Below are positions 29,968 to 40,507 of a stretch of 64,000 nucleotides of DNA, piece by piece; position 1 is the stretch's first letter; each line of letters opens with the position of its first letter. Under the pieces are notes generated by a model that was given only the letters and a program-made list of their open reading frames with translations, ran no database searches and had not been told where the DNA came from. The stretch covers positions 3,617 to 67,616 of the forward strand of contig NZ_JAGDXM010000032.1 of NCBI RefSeq assembly GCF_023256435.1, written 5' to 3'. Position numbers and translations under genes: made by a program. This DNA comes from Thermoplasma sp. GTDB taxonomy: Archaea > Thermoplasmatota > Thermoplasmata > Thermoplasmatales > Thermoplasmataceae.

Positions 29968-32900
29968 GATACAGCCTCCAGCGAACCGTCAAAGTGCTTT
30001 ATGAAAACGAACGATTCGCCATTCACGCTCGTAACGCCTATCGCGTTCGATGCATAGCTGAATACCAGGGATTTAAGCGATATTATTATGGTCTGAGACT
30101 CTCCGGCATTCTGGCTTATCATCTTTATCATATTCTCGGCGTTGTATCCGTCTAGATACATATCGACCTCATCCAGAAAGTATATGGAACTGGGCATGAG
30201 TATTTGAACCGCAGTTATGAAGGAAAGGGCAGCCACGCTTTTCTCCCCACCGCTGAGCGCCTGGATCTTTACCGTTGCCTTATCCTTCGGTGTTACGCTT
30301 ACCTCTATTGACGATGTGAGCGGATCATCGCCCACCATCATGAGACTGGCTGAACCACCATTTATTATACCATAGACGTAGTTCATCTTCTCGCTTATCT
30401 CGGAAAACGTCTTCATGAAAACCTCGCGTTTTCTCTGGTTCAGCATTGCAGTTGTATCCTCGAGCGCCTTCTTCTCATTCATCAGCTGTTCGTGTTTCCT
30501 AATGTATTCTTCAAGATCCTTCTCGGCCTTATTGTATTCATCGTAGGCAGCATGATTTATCTCACCAAGATCAGACAATGCGTTCTCGATCTCCATTTTC
30601 ATAGAAGACAGATCTCCAGAAACAAGATTTGCGCCCGTGTATGAGGACAGCGACTGATCGAGTGTCGATATGCGTTCCTCCAGAACGCTGATCTTGATCT
30701 TCAGTTCGTTTCTCATCTCGTTCTTCAATTCGACGCTGGCCCTGGTATCGTTGATCTTCCCCTCGATCTCCCTCATCTGCTTCTCCGCTTCCTTCATCTG
30801 CGCGGAAAGATCGCCGTACTTACCCTCAAGGTCGTTGAGGACATACTGGTATTTCTTCGCTTTCTCTTCGAACTCCTTCTTCTCCTTTACGGACTCTTCT
30901 ATATCTGCAGTAATGGCATTTTCCTGAAGTTTCGTATCGACCATCTGATCCTCGGCATGCTTCCTCTCGCTGATCAGAATGTTCTTCGTGTTAATCGCCT
31001 TATTAAGATCGGAGTCTAGATTATCAAGTTCGGATCTCGCTGAGTTCAGATCTGCGGAGATGTCGCCCATCTTCTTGAAGAAATCCGGATCGACCCTATC
31101 ATACAGATCGTTCAGGGCTTCCTGATATTTATGCAGGTCGCGTGTCTTATCGTCCATGAGGCGGGTATCATTTTCAACAGCTGATCTCTTCAGCTTCATC
31201 TCCTCATCGATCTTACTTATCTCAGCTATGATCTGCGAAAGCTCGTCTTTGGATCTTTCAACCTCCCTCTTGATCATCTCCTGCTCCTTCATGATCTCTC
31301 CGGATCTTCTTGATGCCTCGCTCATTTCGTTGAATGCCTGATCAAGTTCCCTCTTTATCCTTGATCTCTCCTCCGTAAGGGACGAAAGCTGCACCTTCAT
31401 GCCCTCAAGTTCATGCTGTATTCTGGCTGCGGAGGCATAATCCGATGCATAGTTTCTGTAACCGCCCGTGATCGAACCGCCAGGATCGAATATATCACCA
31501 TCCAGCGTGACCAGACGGAAGACACCCATCAATCTCCTTCCGGCATCGATATCCGCAACGAGTATGGTATCACGAAGGGCATAGTAAACGGCAGATCGGT
31601 ACTCCTCCTCGAAATCAATGAAGTCCATCAATACGCCAAGATATCCAGGATCCTTTGATATCCTGCTAAGATCCCGATCCATGGAATTCTTCCGAAGTTT
31701 GTTGAGAGGTAAAAAGGTCATGGGAGATATCTTTCTCTCCTTGAGCAGATCGATGCATTCCTTCGCGACTTCATCATCCCTCACAACAACAGCATTGAGT
31801 CTCGATCCGCCGGCGCTTTCAACTGCTTTCACATATTTTTCACCATAAGATATGAGATCCCTGACCAGACCGATTACGCCATCCACGGACCGCTTCAGCA
31901 TTTCAACGTTCTTCACATATTCCGGAACTCTGCTTGATGCTGTCCTCGCGGCAGCCTCCTTCTCAGCGATCTCACTCTTCAGATCGGATATCCGATCGTT
32001 CATCTGATCGTATTTAGCCTTGAGATCATAGTACTTTTTGCTGTATTTTCCTATATCCTCTGAAGATTCCTTTGCCTTCCATTCCGAGGTGCGGATCTTC
32101 AGATCAAGATCCTCCTTTCTCTCCTCCAGCCCAGATCTCTTCTGCATAAGTGCAGCTATATCTGCATTTGTCGAAGATATCCTGTCCCTGATACGTTCGA
32201 TCTCAGACTCAAGATCCTCTATCTTTTCCTGGTACTCCTTTGATTTTTTGCGGGTCTCAGCCGCATCTATGGCCTTTGCCTGCGCCATGCTGAACAGATC
32301 ATCGTATTCCTTTTTGATCCTTTCATATCTTTCTTCAAGCAATTTCCTTTTTTCCTTCTTCTCCTGGATCTGCGCATCCAGATCATCTATCTGTCTGTCC
32401 AGCCTATCCCTATCTCCTTCGTATTTTGCTATTATCTCCTCGAGCTTTTCGATATTCCTGTTCTTCTCCTCTATGGTGCCACGGATCTTGGCTATTTCAA
32501 CCTCCACCGCGTGAAGATCCGTTTTGACCCTGTTCATTTCACCGCTGCTGAGTTCATCGATCCTCTTCGCAAATTCCTCCCTCTTCGATCTGGCAATTTC
32601 CAGGTTTTTCTCCAGATCTACACGTTCATTCTCCAGCCTTGATATATCTGCCGTAAGTTCTGATATCTGAGATTCTATGGTGCGTTTCTGCCTCTCCGCC
32701 GTGTTTCTCTGGGACGTTATCTCCGTATATTCTATATCGCGCTTCCTCTTCACAAGATAATCGTATCTTTCCTTGCGTTCCTTTTCCACACGCAGTCTCT
32801 CAAGATTCTGTTTCTTCTCCTCTATTATGCTCTGATTTATCTCCATATTTCTGCTGACGGCTTCGATGTCATCTCTGACCTTTTCTAACTCAGCATCAAA

Positions 32901-33386
32901 CTGATCGACGCCAGATATCCTCTCCAGAAGCTTTCTGCGTTCCTGGCCAGTGTAAGATATGAAATCGTTTATATCTCCCTGGAGAACAAAGCTGTACGTC
33001 CCAAAATTGATGCCCATAGAGGCTAGTGCATCATCGATCTCAGACAGCTTCGACCTGACGCCGTTCACAAAGTAATAGGACTTCGGCTCATCCTCTATAA
33101 CCAATTTGCGTTCTATCACCAGCGTTCGACCGTCGTCATTTTTGAATGTTACGGAAACGCTGCATTCATTTCCTGAACCCTTGCTCACGAGATCTGAGAG
33201 TCTGTCCGCCCTCACCGCATGTATCGATTTTGTACCAAGAACAAACAGAAGCATGTCGCCTATATTGCTCTTACCGCTTCCGTTGGGGCCGCTTATCACG
33301 TTGAGACCCTTAGTGAAATTTATCACCTTTTTCTTGCGGAAGGATTTAAAATTGTACGCTTCTATCCTCTCTATGTACGACGACAA
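29964..33386 (-). CDS. smc: SMC chromosome segregation ATPase
   Basis: Walker A 'GPNGSGKSN', long coiled coils, a hinge, signature 'LSGGEKS' and Walker B 'IYFLDEVD'. 1140 aa. Confidence 0.95.
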   Translation of the reverse strand: MSSYIERIEAYNFKSFRKKKVINFTKGLNVISGPNGSGKSNIGDMLLFVLGTKSIHAVRADRLSDLVSKGSGNECSVSVTFKNDDGRTLVIERKLVIEDEPKSYYFVNGVRSKLSEIDDALASMGINFGTYSFVLQGDINDFISYTGQERRKLLERISGVDQFDAELEKVRDDIEAVSRNMEINQSIIEEKKQNLERLRVEKERKERYDYLVKRKRDIEYTEITSQRNTAERQKRTIESQISELTADISRLENERVDLEKNLEIARSKREEFAKRIDELSSGEMNRVKTDLHAVEVEIAKIRGTIEEKNRNIEKLEEIIAKYEGDRDRLDRQIDDLDAQIQEKKEKRKLLEERYERIKKEYDDLFSMAQAKAIDAAETRKKSKEYQEKIEDLESEIERIRDRISSTNADIAALMQKRSGLEERKEDLDLKIRTSEWKAKESSEDIGKYSKKYYDLKAKYDQMNDRISDLKSEIAEKEAAARTASSRVPEYVKNVEMLKRSVDGVIGLVRDLISYGEKYVKAVESAGGSRLNAVVVRDDEVAKECIDLLKERKISPMTFLPLNKLRKNSMDRDLSRISKDPGYLGVLMDFIDFEEEYRSAVYYALRDTILVADIDAGRRLMGVFRLVTLDGDIFDPGGSITGGYRNYASDYASAARIQHELEGMKVQLSSLTEERSRIKRELDQAFNEMSEASRRSGEIMKEQEMIKREVERSKDELSQIIAEISKIDEEMKLKRSAVENDTRLMDDKTRDLHKYQEALNDLYDRVDPDFFKKMGDISADLNSARSELDNLDSDLNKAINTKNILISERKHAEDQMVDTKLQENAITADIEESVKEKKEFEEKAKKYQYVLNDLEGKYGDLSAQMKEAEKQMREIEGKINDTRASVELKNEMRNELKIKISVLEERISTLDQSLSSYTGANLVSGDLSSMKMEIENALSDLGEINHAAYDEYNKAEKDLEEYIRKHEQLMNEKKALEDTTAMLNQRKREVFMKTFSEISEKMNYVYGIINGGSASLMMVGDDPLTSSIEVSVTPKDKATVKIQALSGGEKSVAALSFITAVQILMPSSIYFLDEVDMYLDGYNAENMIKMISQNAGESQTIIISLKSLVFSYASNAIGVTSVNGESFVFIKHFDGSLEAVS

Positions 33387-33505
33387 GTCAGACCTCCTTA
33401 TGACATTATCTTGAGACTATATAAATATTATGAAATCATTTTATTGCATTCATATGTTTTTCTCTGAATGCCTTTATTTCCATCTCACGGAGACACCACA
33501 GGATC

Positions 33506-34711
33506 TCATACAACCGCGGAGAGAAAGTCAGAAAAATCCTCTCTTCTCCGTATCAACCTATCAGTACCGTCCTCCATGATCATGGCCTCTGCAGGCCTCG
33601 GTCTGCCGTTGTATCTGGAGCTCATTGAATAAATATATGCCCCCGCGCACAGAACCATCAGCCTGTCGCCTTCCATGACCCTGTATGCTATTTGCCCTAT
33701 GCGATCTGTATTCTCGCAGATCTGACCTGTAACGGTCATCTCTTCGCCTTCAGTCCTCTCCGACAGCGGCAGGATCATATGTCGCGCCCCGTACAGTGCT
33801 GGCCTTATGTTGATATTCATACCAATATCCGTACCCACAAAACCATTGTGAACATCGTTGACCGTACCAATTATGATGCCGGCGTCTCCCACAATATACC
33901 TTCCAGGCTCCAGCACAAGATGGCCAAATCCGTGCCTGGAAAATTCATCGGTCGTCATCGATCCAAGTGAAGCTATATCCAGATCCTTATCAGCGCTCGA
34001 ATATGGAATTCCAAGACCCCCGCCTATATCGACAAATTCAAATTTTACTCCGGCCTCCTTTGATATCCTATCTGCAACCTTAAAAAAGCTAGAATAGGCT
34101 TCGTAAAGCTGCAGATGATTCCGGTTGTTCGATCCGATCATCATGTGTATTCCGAATTCTGAGGATCCGTCTTCCCTGGCCTTCTCATAGGCCAGGATGG
34201 CCGAATCAGGGTCCAACCCAAATTTGGTATTCGATCCGCCGGTTGTGATGCCACCGAACTCACCTAGGCCAAACCCTGGATTTATCCTGAAGGAGATCCT
34301 TTCCATCTTTCCACGCATCTTTGAATACTGCGTGAAGCTGTTGAAATTTATCGTGATGCCTCTGTCGTATGCAAACTCAAGATCGCGCAGAGAAGCGTTA
34401 TTGGGGGAATACAGCATATTCCCCGTATCTATTCCTGCAAAGATCGACATTGAGATCTCGAATGGACTCGCCGTATCCGCCCCCGATCCCATGCCTCCAA
34501 GAAGCTCGATTATCCTCGGATTGTCATTTGCCTTCACAGAATAAAATATACTGGCCTCAGGAAACGCCTTTTTTAGTCTGGTAAAGTTATCCCTTATTCG
34601 CCTGGCCGAGTACACGATCACTGGTGTGCCGTATATATCCGCAATCCTGTTCAGCGATATACCGGAAATCGTGGATCTTGATCCATTATCAAATATATCG
34701 AAGACACCCAT
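33506..34711 (-). CDS. lysA: Diaminopimelate decarboxylase (fold-type III PLP decarboxylase)
   Basis: 'FYSVKANDN' (PLP Lys), 'GGGLGIPY', 'EPGRYIVG', and the C-terminal 'GAYIYSMSSRYNGRPRPAEAMI' typical of LysA rather than ODC. Confidence 0.8.
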   Translation of the reverse strand: MGVFDIFDNGSRSTISGISLNRIADIYGTPVIVYSARRIRDNFTRLKKAFPEASIFYSVKANDNPRIIELLGGMGSGADTASPFEISMSIFAGIDTGNMLYSPNNASLRDLEFAYDRGITINFNSFTQYSKMRGKMERISFRINPGFGLGEFGGITTGGSNTKFGLDPDSAILAYEKAREDGSSEFGIHMMIGSNNRNHLQLYEAYSSFFKVADRISKEAGVKFEFVDIGGGLGIPYSSADKDLDIASLGSMTTDEFSRHGFGHLVLEPGRYIVGDAGIIIGTVNDVHNGFVGTDIGMNINIRPALYGARHMILPLSERTEGEEMTVTGQICENTDRIGQIAYRVMEGDRLMVLCAGAYIYSMSSRYNGRPRPAEAMIMEDGTDRLIRRREDFSDFLSAVV

Positions 34712-34934
34712 ACTTCACCGACCATCCTGCTGACGGTATACAGATTTACAAGAAAAAGAATGCTTAAACATCGCTGATAGATCGACAATGATAATATAAA
34801 ATCTTTGTGAACGGCTTCTAATTTGCATATAGTACATCCATGACCGACCTCTACCAGCACCTCATTCCATTCTCTATTACGAAATTCGTATGAGCAATTC
34901 GAAAATTTATATATGGCCATGATATTACGATAAG

Positions 34935-36707
34935 ATGAATCAAGATACGAACTTCGTAAATGGAAAACTAAGAAGAAGTTTGGGCGTCTGGGATCTCTTC
35001 TTTCTTTCCATAACCGGAATGATAGGATCCGGATGGCTCTTCGCTGCGCTTGATGCTGCGGACTATGTTGGGCCTGCATCAATCTTCACCTGGCTGATCG
35101 CCGCGCTATTCTTCTTCATCATTGCGCTGACCTATGCCGAACTGTCGGGCATGATTCCGTATTCGGGTTCCATCGTGAGGTTCAACCAGTACTCACACGG
35201 ATCCATGTCCAATTTTCTGATAGGGTGGGCCTACCTCATAGGCGCGGTGTCTACGGTCACCGTTGAGGCCATATCCGTTGTGACTTACACGTCCACATAT
35301 ATGCCCCAGTTTTACAACAGCAGCCTCGGCGTTCTGACTCCACTGGGCATCCTTGTATCGATAGTGCTGATAGCATTCTTCTTCTTCGTTCAGTTCATAG
35401 GCGTCAACGTCTATGGCAGGATCAACACCATAATGACTGCATGGAAGCTTGCAATACCCATCATAACCATAGCCCTCATAATGTCCCTATCCTTCAATCC
35501 CAGGAACTTCTATGTTGCACATGGCTTCCTACCCTACGGGTCATCCGCCATATTTGCGGCGCTGATACCCAGCGGCGTTGTTTATGCATTTGAGGGGTTC
35601 AGGCAGGGAATAGAGTATGCCGGCGAGGCTAAGAATCCGCAGAGAGACGTACCAATAAGTCTGATAGCCGCAATGCTTGCGACCATAGGTATATACGTTG
35701 CGCTGGAGATAGCCTTCATAGGATCAATAAAATGGGGTATCATCGGCATAAGCCCTGGCGACTGGTCTGCACTTAGTAAATCCTCATGGGCATCAGGACC
35801 GTTCTACTATGCAACCCGTTATTCCGGCGTGGCCATACTTTCAGTCTTCGCAGTGGTCATTCTGATAGACGCATTCATATCCCCATTCGCATCTCTTGGC
35901 GTCTACGAAGGCACGTCCGCCAGATCGTTTTACGGAATGGCAAGGCTGAACGTCATACCGGAATTCTTCGGTTCCATACATCCAAAGTTCAGAACACCAT
36001 GGGTTGGACTGATATTTACACTGATACTGTCAACGCTGTTTCTCGCACCGTTTCCCAGCTGGTATCTGATCGTAGGAATCAATGCATCGTTCACAGTCTA
36101 CGCATATCTATCTGCCGGCATAACCAACACGGTCATAAGGAAGAATGCACCTGACATCAACAGGCCCTTCAAACTTCCGTTCGCGTCAATACTTAGTCCG
36201 GTGGCCTTCACCGTCGCATCCATGCTCGTCTACTGGTCCGGCTTTTCCATAGTGGATTTCCTAATACTGATCGTGTACGCCGGGTTGCCTTTGATACTCC
36301 TGAGCAAATTCAGGGAGAAGATCAACCTGACGATGATGAACTCGATCTTGATATCCGCCGTATACTGGATCCTGATTGCGGTCATAGGATACTTCGGGTA
36401 CACCGGCAGGCTGCCCTTCGTATACTACTGGCCCTTGCTTTCTGCGGTACCTTCAGCCACGTTCCTGTACGCATATGTTCGATCGAGATCGGTGGAGATC
36501 GTGTCGTCGGTATGGGTCATCGTTTACAACATAATCCTTGGAATCGTATCCTATTACGGATCACTGGGCACAAACGTCATAGGATACCCATACGATTACC
36601 TGATCTTCGCAGTACTGAGCATTGGAATATACTACCTTGCAGTTCGCACCGGATACAACACGGAGGATCTGAAGAATCTGGTCGCTTACGGCCCAGTGGC
36701 CGAGTGA
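34935..36707 (+). CDS. APC-superfamily amino acid permease
   Basis: 'LGVWDLFFLSITGMIGSGWLF' is an N-terminal APC block. 590 aa with more than 12 hydrophobic segments. Confidence 0.85.
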   Translation: MNQDTNFVNGKLRRSLGVWDLFFLSITGMIGSGWLFAALDAADYVGPASIFTWLIAALFFFIIALTYAELSGMIPYSGSIVRFNQYSHGSMSNFLIGWAYLIGAVSTVTVEAISVVTYTSTYMPQFYNSSLGVLTPLGILVSIVLIAFFFFVQFIGVNVYGRINTIMTAWKLAIPIITIALIMSLSFNPRNFYVAHGFLPYGSSAIFAALIPSGVVYAFEGFRQGIEYAGEAKNPQRDVPISLIAAMLATIGIYVALEIAFIGSIKWGIIGISPGDWSALSKSSWASGPFYYATRYSGVAILSVFAVVILIDAFISPFASLGVYEGTSARSFYGMARLNVIPEFFGSIHPKFRTPWVGLIFTLILSTLFLAPFPSWYLIVGINASFTVYAYLSAGITNTVIRKNAPDINRPFKLPFASILSPVAFTVASMLVYWSGFSIVDFLILIVYAGLPLILLSKFREKINLTMMNSILISAVYWILIAVIGYFGYTGRLPFVYYWPLLSAVPSATFLYAYVRSRSVEIVSSVWVIVYNIILGIVSYYGSLGTNVIGYPYDYLIFAVLSIGIYYLAVRTGYNTEDLKNLVAYGPVAE

Positions 36708-36719
36708 CCTAACCATTTT

Positions 36720-37364
36720 TTATTTGCCGGAACGTTCTGAATAGAACTTGCAGTATTCTGATATGGGGCAGCGATCGCACAGCGGCTTCATTGGCCTGCA
36801 TATCGCCTTCCCGAACTCAACCATCATCGGGTTGAAGCCTATCTGAAGGTCTTTCGGTATCAGATTCTCCAGATCCACAGAGGTCTCCTCCGGTGTTCTG
36901 GCTGAAGACCATCCTATCCTATGCGATATTCTGAAGACATGCGTGTCCACGGCAATTGATGGCACATGAAAGCCTTCCGCCAGCACCACCTTGGCAGTCT
37001 TGAGACCTACCCCTGGAAGCGAGGTGAGATCATCGATACTTTCCGGAACCTTCCCACCATAACGATCCTTGATGATCCGTGCTATCTCAACTATCTTCTT
37101 GCTCTTCACACGCCAGAATCCAACCTTCCCAATTATGCGTCCAACATCCTCGGGATCTGCATTAGCAAGGCTATCCACGTCCCTGTACCTTTCGAAAAGG
37201 GATCTGGCAGCTGCATCTGTGGTTTCATCCTTCGTTCTCTGCGAGAGAACCGTGGTGATGAGCATCCAGAATGGATCTGTGAAGACAAACCTGTGTGCAG
37301 GAACGGATCTCCTTATCCTCTCCACCATTTCTCTTATAGCATCGGGACTCCTGTTATCCTTCAA
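36720..37364 (-). CDS. nth: Endonuclease III (HhH-GPD DNA glycosylase/AP lyase)
   Basis: 'LPGVGLKTAKVV' HhH, 'DTHVFRISHRIG', and the 4Fe-4S cluster 'CRPMKPLCDRCPISEYC'. The ATG overlaps the carB stop by 4 nt. Confidence 0.9.
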   Translation of the reverse strand: MKDNRSPDAIREMVERIRRSVPAHRFVFTDPFWMLITTVLSQRTKDETTDAAARSLFERYRDVDSLANADPEDVGRIIGKVGFWRVKSKKIVEIARIIKDRYGGKVPESIDDLTSLPGVGLKTAKVVLAEGFHVPSIAVDTHVFRISHRIGWSSARTPEETSVDLENLIPKDLQIGFNPMMVEFGKAICRPMKPLCDRCPISEYCKFYSERSGK

Positions 37365-40300
37365 GCTTCCACCCGCAGATATTCGCTTATCTCCCTATAT
37401 TCCAGCCTGACATCTCCAAGAGAATCCGCATAAGCCCTTGCGAGGTTAATGTTCATGATCAGGGGAACGCCTCGCATTATACAGAGCCGTCTTATCCTAA
37501 AACCATCTCTGACTGCTCCTGTGCTCATCTCCGTGGTATTTATCACCATATCTATGGCACCTGATGAAAGTAGATCGAGGATCTTAGGTTCCCTTCTGTC
37601 CCTTATCCTGTACAGCGTCTGCGCCTTGATGCCATGATCCCGGAGATATATGGACGTTCCTGCGGTTGCGTATATGGTTATTCCCTTTTCCTGCAGGATC
37701 CTTGCTGTTTCAAGGATCCTTGGTTTATCCTCGTCCCTGACCGTTATCAGGACGGATCTCACATCCTTCTGCAGACTCTTTCTCAAGGCCTCAGGCAGCG
37801 TTCTCCCAGGATACATGGCCTCCCCCGTTGACTTCATCTCCGGCCCAAATACAACGTCCATATCCTGGAATTTAGAGAAGGGAAAGACAGATACCTTGAC
37901 AAAATAGCTGGATGCTTCGATTCGCATTGGACGTAGCGGACTGCCCATCATGCATTCGACCGCAAGGCGAACCCAGTCCACGCCCGTGGCCTTGGATATG
38001 AAGGGCAGCGACCTGCTGGATCTTGCGTTCAGCTCGATGACGTAAACGTCTTCACCCCTTACGGCTATCTGCAGGTTTGAGAGACCGATAAGCCTGAACT
38101 CCTTAACCAGGCTTTCCACTATCCTTTCGATCCTTTCCCTTACCTTCTTATTCACCACGTCTGGACCGTAGATCATCGTGGCATCTCCAGAATGTACGCC
38201 CGCCTCCTCTATGTGGACCAGCACTCCGCAGATGCTGTACGATGATCCGTCCGATACGAAATCCACGTCCATCTCTATCGCATTTTCAAGATACTTGCTG
38301 ACAAGCACGTTCCTGGAGACCGTGAAAACGTCCCTTGCCCTCTCTGCAAGATAATCCACGTCGTATATTATTTCCATGGATCTGCCACCTATCACATGGC
38401 TGGAACGCAGTATGATTGGTAGACCGAGCGTCAGGGCCTTCTTAACTGTGTCATTCTCGTTTTCAGCAATGGCAAAGGGCGGTTGTAGTATGTGAAGAGA
38501 TTCCAAAGTTTGTGAAAATGTTGTTCTGTCTTCAACGCGTTCAATGTCTTCTGTGGATGTTCCCAGCACGATTGATCTGCCGAGTATATCCTCTATTCTC
38601 TTGGCTATATTCTGTCCCGTCTGCCCTGAAAACTGCACTATCAGCCCGGAGCACGATGTCTTAACTATAACGTTGACTATGTACTCGGGTGTGACAGGCT
38701 CAAAGAAGAGCGCATCAGAGATATCGAAATCTGTGGAAACAGTCTCAGGATTGGAGTTGAGCATTATGCTCTTATAGCCCATATCGCGCAATGCAAGTAT
38801 TGCCTTCACAGATCCGTAGTCAAACTCGAGTCCCTGAGCTATCCTGTTTGGACCAGATCCTATTATCATAACCGAGTTCTTCAGATCCGGAATCTCATCC
38901 TCGTCCTCATAGGTTGAATACATGTATGGGACGATGACCTCGAATTCTCCAGAGCATGTGTCTATCCTCTTGTAGACCGGCATTATGTTTTTCTCGATCC
39001 TGTAGCGGGTTATCTCATCGGCCGGGATGCCGCAGAAGCTGGAGATTATCTCATCCGGTATACCAATCTTCTTCAGCTGCATCAGGTTCTCAGGTATGTG
39101 ACCTAGATCTATATTCCTGAGGATCTTCACGATGTTGTTCATCTTGTGTATGAAATATTCGTCATATCCTGACAAGCGGGACATCCTCTTTATGTCGAAG
39201 TTCCTGAAGAGACCCTCAAACACAGCGAGTATCCTCCTGTCGTTGGGTTTCTCGATGAGGGCCCATAGATCATCATCCTTCAGACGCAGACGTATGGAGG
39301 TTGCGAATGAATTATCTAGGCTGGCCATGGCCTTCATAAGCGCCTCCTCAAAGGTGCGACCTATACCCATGACCTCTCCGATGGATTTCATCTGCACGCC
39401 TATGGTGCGATCAACCGAGAATTTATCGAACGGCCATCTGGGGATCTTAACGGTTACGTAGTCCAGCGAAGGCTCGAAGGCAGCATAGGTGTTCTTGGTT
39501 ATTGGATTCACGATCTCGTGAAGACCATAGCCCGCTGCTATCTTTGCCGCTATTCGCGCTATCGGATATCCTGTGGCTTTGGATGCCAGCGCTGAGGATC
39601 TGGATGTTCTGGGATTGACCTCAATTATGTAGTATTTTCCCTCGGACAGCGCAAACTGTATATTGCATGCACCCTGTATACCCAGCCCTGATATTATGCG
39701 AATGGCAGAATCCCTCAGCATCTGATACTCGATGTCGCTGAGCGTCTGCGAGGGCGTGACCACTATGCTCTCGCCCGTGTGTACGCCCATTGGGTCTATA
39801 TTCTCCATGTTGCAAACCGTTATGCAGTTTCCAAAGGAATCACGTATGACCTCGTACTCTATCTCCTTCATGCCCTCTAGAGATTCGTTGACCTCAACGT
39901 AATCAACATCGAATGATCTGAATATACTCTCAGCCATGGAGGTCAGGGCCTCCCTGTTCCGTGCTATATTTCCACCCGTACCTCCCAGTGAAAACGATGT
40001 CCTGACGATGACCGGTCTGTCCGGAATTGCTGCGATATCCTCCTCAAAATTCTCCCTCCTAATCTTATATCGCGCAGGTTGCGGTTCGTTCAACTTCAGA
40101 AGGAATTCGTAGAACTTCTCCCTGTCCTCAGCAAGCTCTATGGATTCAACTGGTGTACCTATGATCTTTATGCCGTATCTGTCCAAAATGCCAGCCTTCT
40201 TCAGCTTCACCGCAAGATTAAGTGCAGTCTGACCACCCATATGCGGTTCTATGGCATCTATATTCTCCTTCTCTATGATGCGTTCTACGGCTTCCACCGT

Positions 40301-40507
40301 TATGGGCTCGATGTAAACCCGGTCAGCAATGCGGTGATCGGTCTGTATCGTTGCGGGATTTGAATTGAGCAGGACAACGTAGTAGCCTTCTTCGCGAAGA
40401 GAGAGGCAGGCCTGCGATCCGGAATAATCAAATTCTGCTGCCTGCCCGATCACGACCGGACCGGAGCCTATCACTAGTATCCTGTGGATGTCATCTCTTC
40501 GCGGCAT
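37361..40507 (-). CDS. carB: Carbamoyl-phosphate synthase large subunit
   Basis: Duplicated ATP-grasp halves 'ILVIGSGPVVIGQAAEFDYSG' and 'VMIIGSGPNRIAQGLEFDYG', plus a C-terminal MGS-like domain. 1048 aa. Confidence 0.95.
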   Translation of the reverse strand: MPRRDDIHRILVIGSGPVVIGQAAEFDYSGSQACLSLREEGYYVVLLNSNPATIQTDHRIADRVYIEPITVEAVERIIEKENIDAIEPHMGGQTALNLAVKLKKAGILDRYGIKIIGTPVESIELAEDREKFYEFLLKLNEPQPARYKIRRENFEEDIAAIPDRPVIVRTSFSLGGTGGNIARNREALTSMAESIFRSFDVDYVEVNESLEGMKEIEYEVIRDSFGNCITVCNMENIDPMGVHTGESIVVTPSQTLSDIEYQMLRDSAIRIISGLGIQGACNIQFALSEGKYYIIEVNPRTSRSSALASKATGYPIARIAAKIAAGYGLHEIVNPITKNTYAAFEPSLDYVTVKIPRWPFDKFSVDRTIGVQMKSIGEVMGIGRTFEEALMKAMASLDNSFATSIRLRLKDDDLWALIEKPNDRRILAVFEGLFRNFDIKRMSRLSGYDEYFIHKMNNIVKILRNIDLGHIPENLMQLKKIGIPDEIISSFCGIPADEITRYRIEKNIMPVYKRIDTCSGEFEVIVPYMYSTYEDEDEIPDLKNSVMIIGSGPNRIAQGLEFDYGSVKAILALRDMGYKSIMLNSNPETVSTDFDISDALFFEPVTPEYIVNVIVKTSCSGLIVQFSGQTGQNIAKRIEDILGRSIVLGTSTEDIERVEDRTTFSQTLESLHILQPPFAIAENENDTVKKALTLGLPIILRSSHVIGGRSMEIIYDVDYLAERARDVFTVSRNVLVSKYLENAIEMDVDFVSDGSSYSICGVLVHIEEAGVHSGDATMIYGPDVVNKKVRERIERIVESLVKEFRLIGLSNLQIAVRGEDVYVIELNARSSRSLPFISKATGVDWVRLAVECMMGSPLRPMRIEASSYFVKVSVFPFSKFQDMDVVFGPEMKSTGEAMYPGRTLPEALRKSLQKDVRSVLITVRDEDKPRILETARILQEKGITIYATAGTSIYLRDHGIKAQTLYRIRDRREPKILDLLSSGAIDMVINTTEMSTGAVRDGFRIRRLCIMRGVPLIMNINLARAYADSLGDVRLEYREISEYLRVEA

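Noticed and set aside
32038-32514. Long antisense ORFs inside large genes: 158 aa in smc, also 59815..60537 in mcm, 51908..52486 in hyuA, 21731..22129 in leuS and 39132..39461 in carB
   Set aside because: They are Ser/Leu/Ile-rich and low-complexity, and lie on the strand opposite strongly supported genes. They are typical shadow frames of purine-rich (GAA/AAG/GAT) coding sequence.
33506-36707. Decarboxylase plus APC permease as an acid-resistance decarboxylase/antiporter pair
   Set aside because: The C-terminal 'SRYNGRPRPAE' of the decarboxylase and its overall blocks are those of biosynthetic diaminopimelate decarboxylase (LysA), not of inducible Orn/Lys/Arg decarboxylases. The divergent arrangement alone is insufficient.
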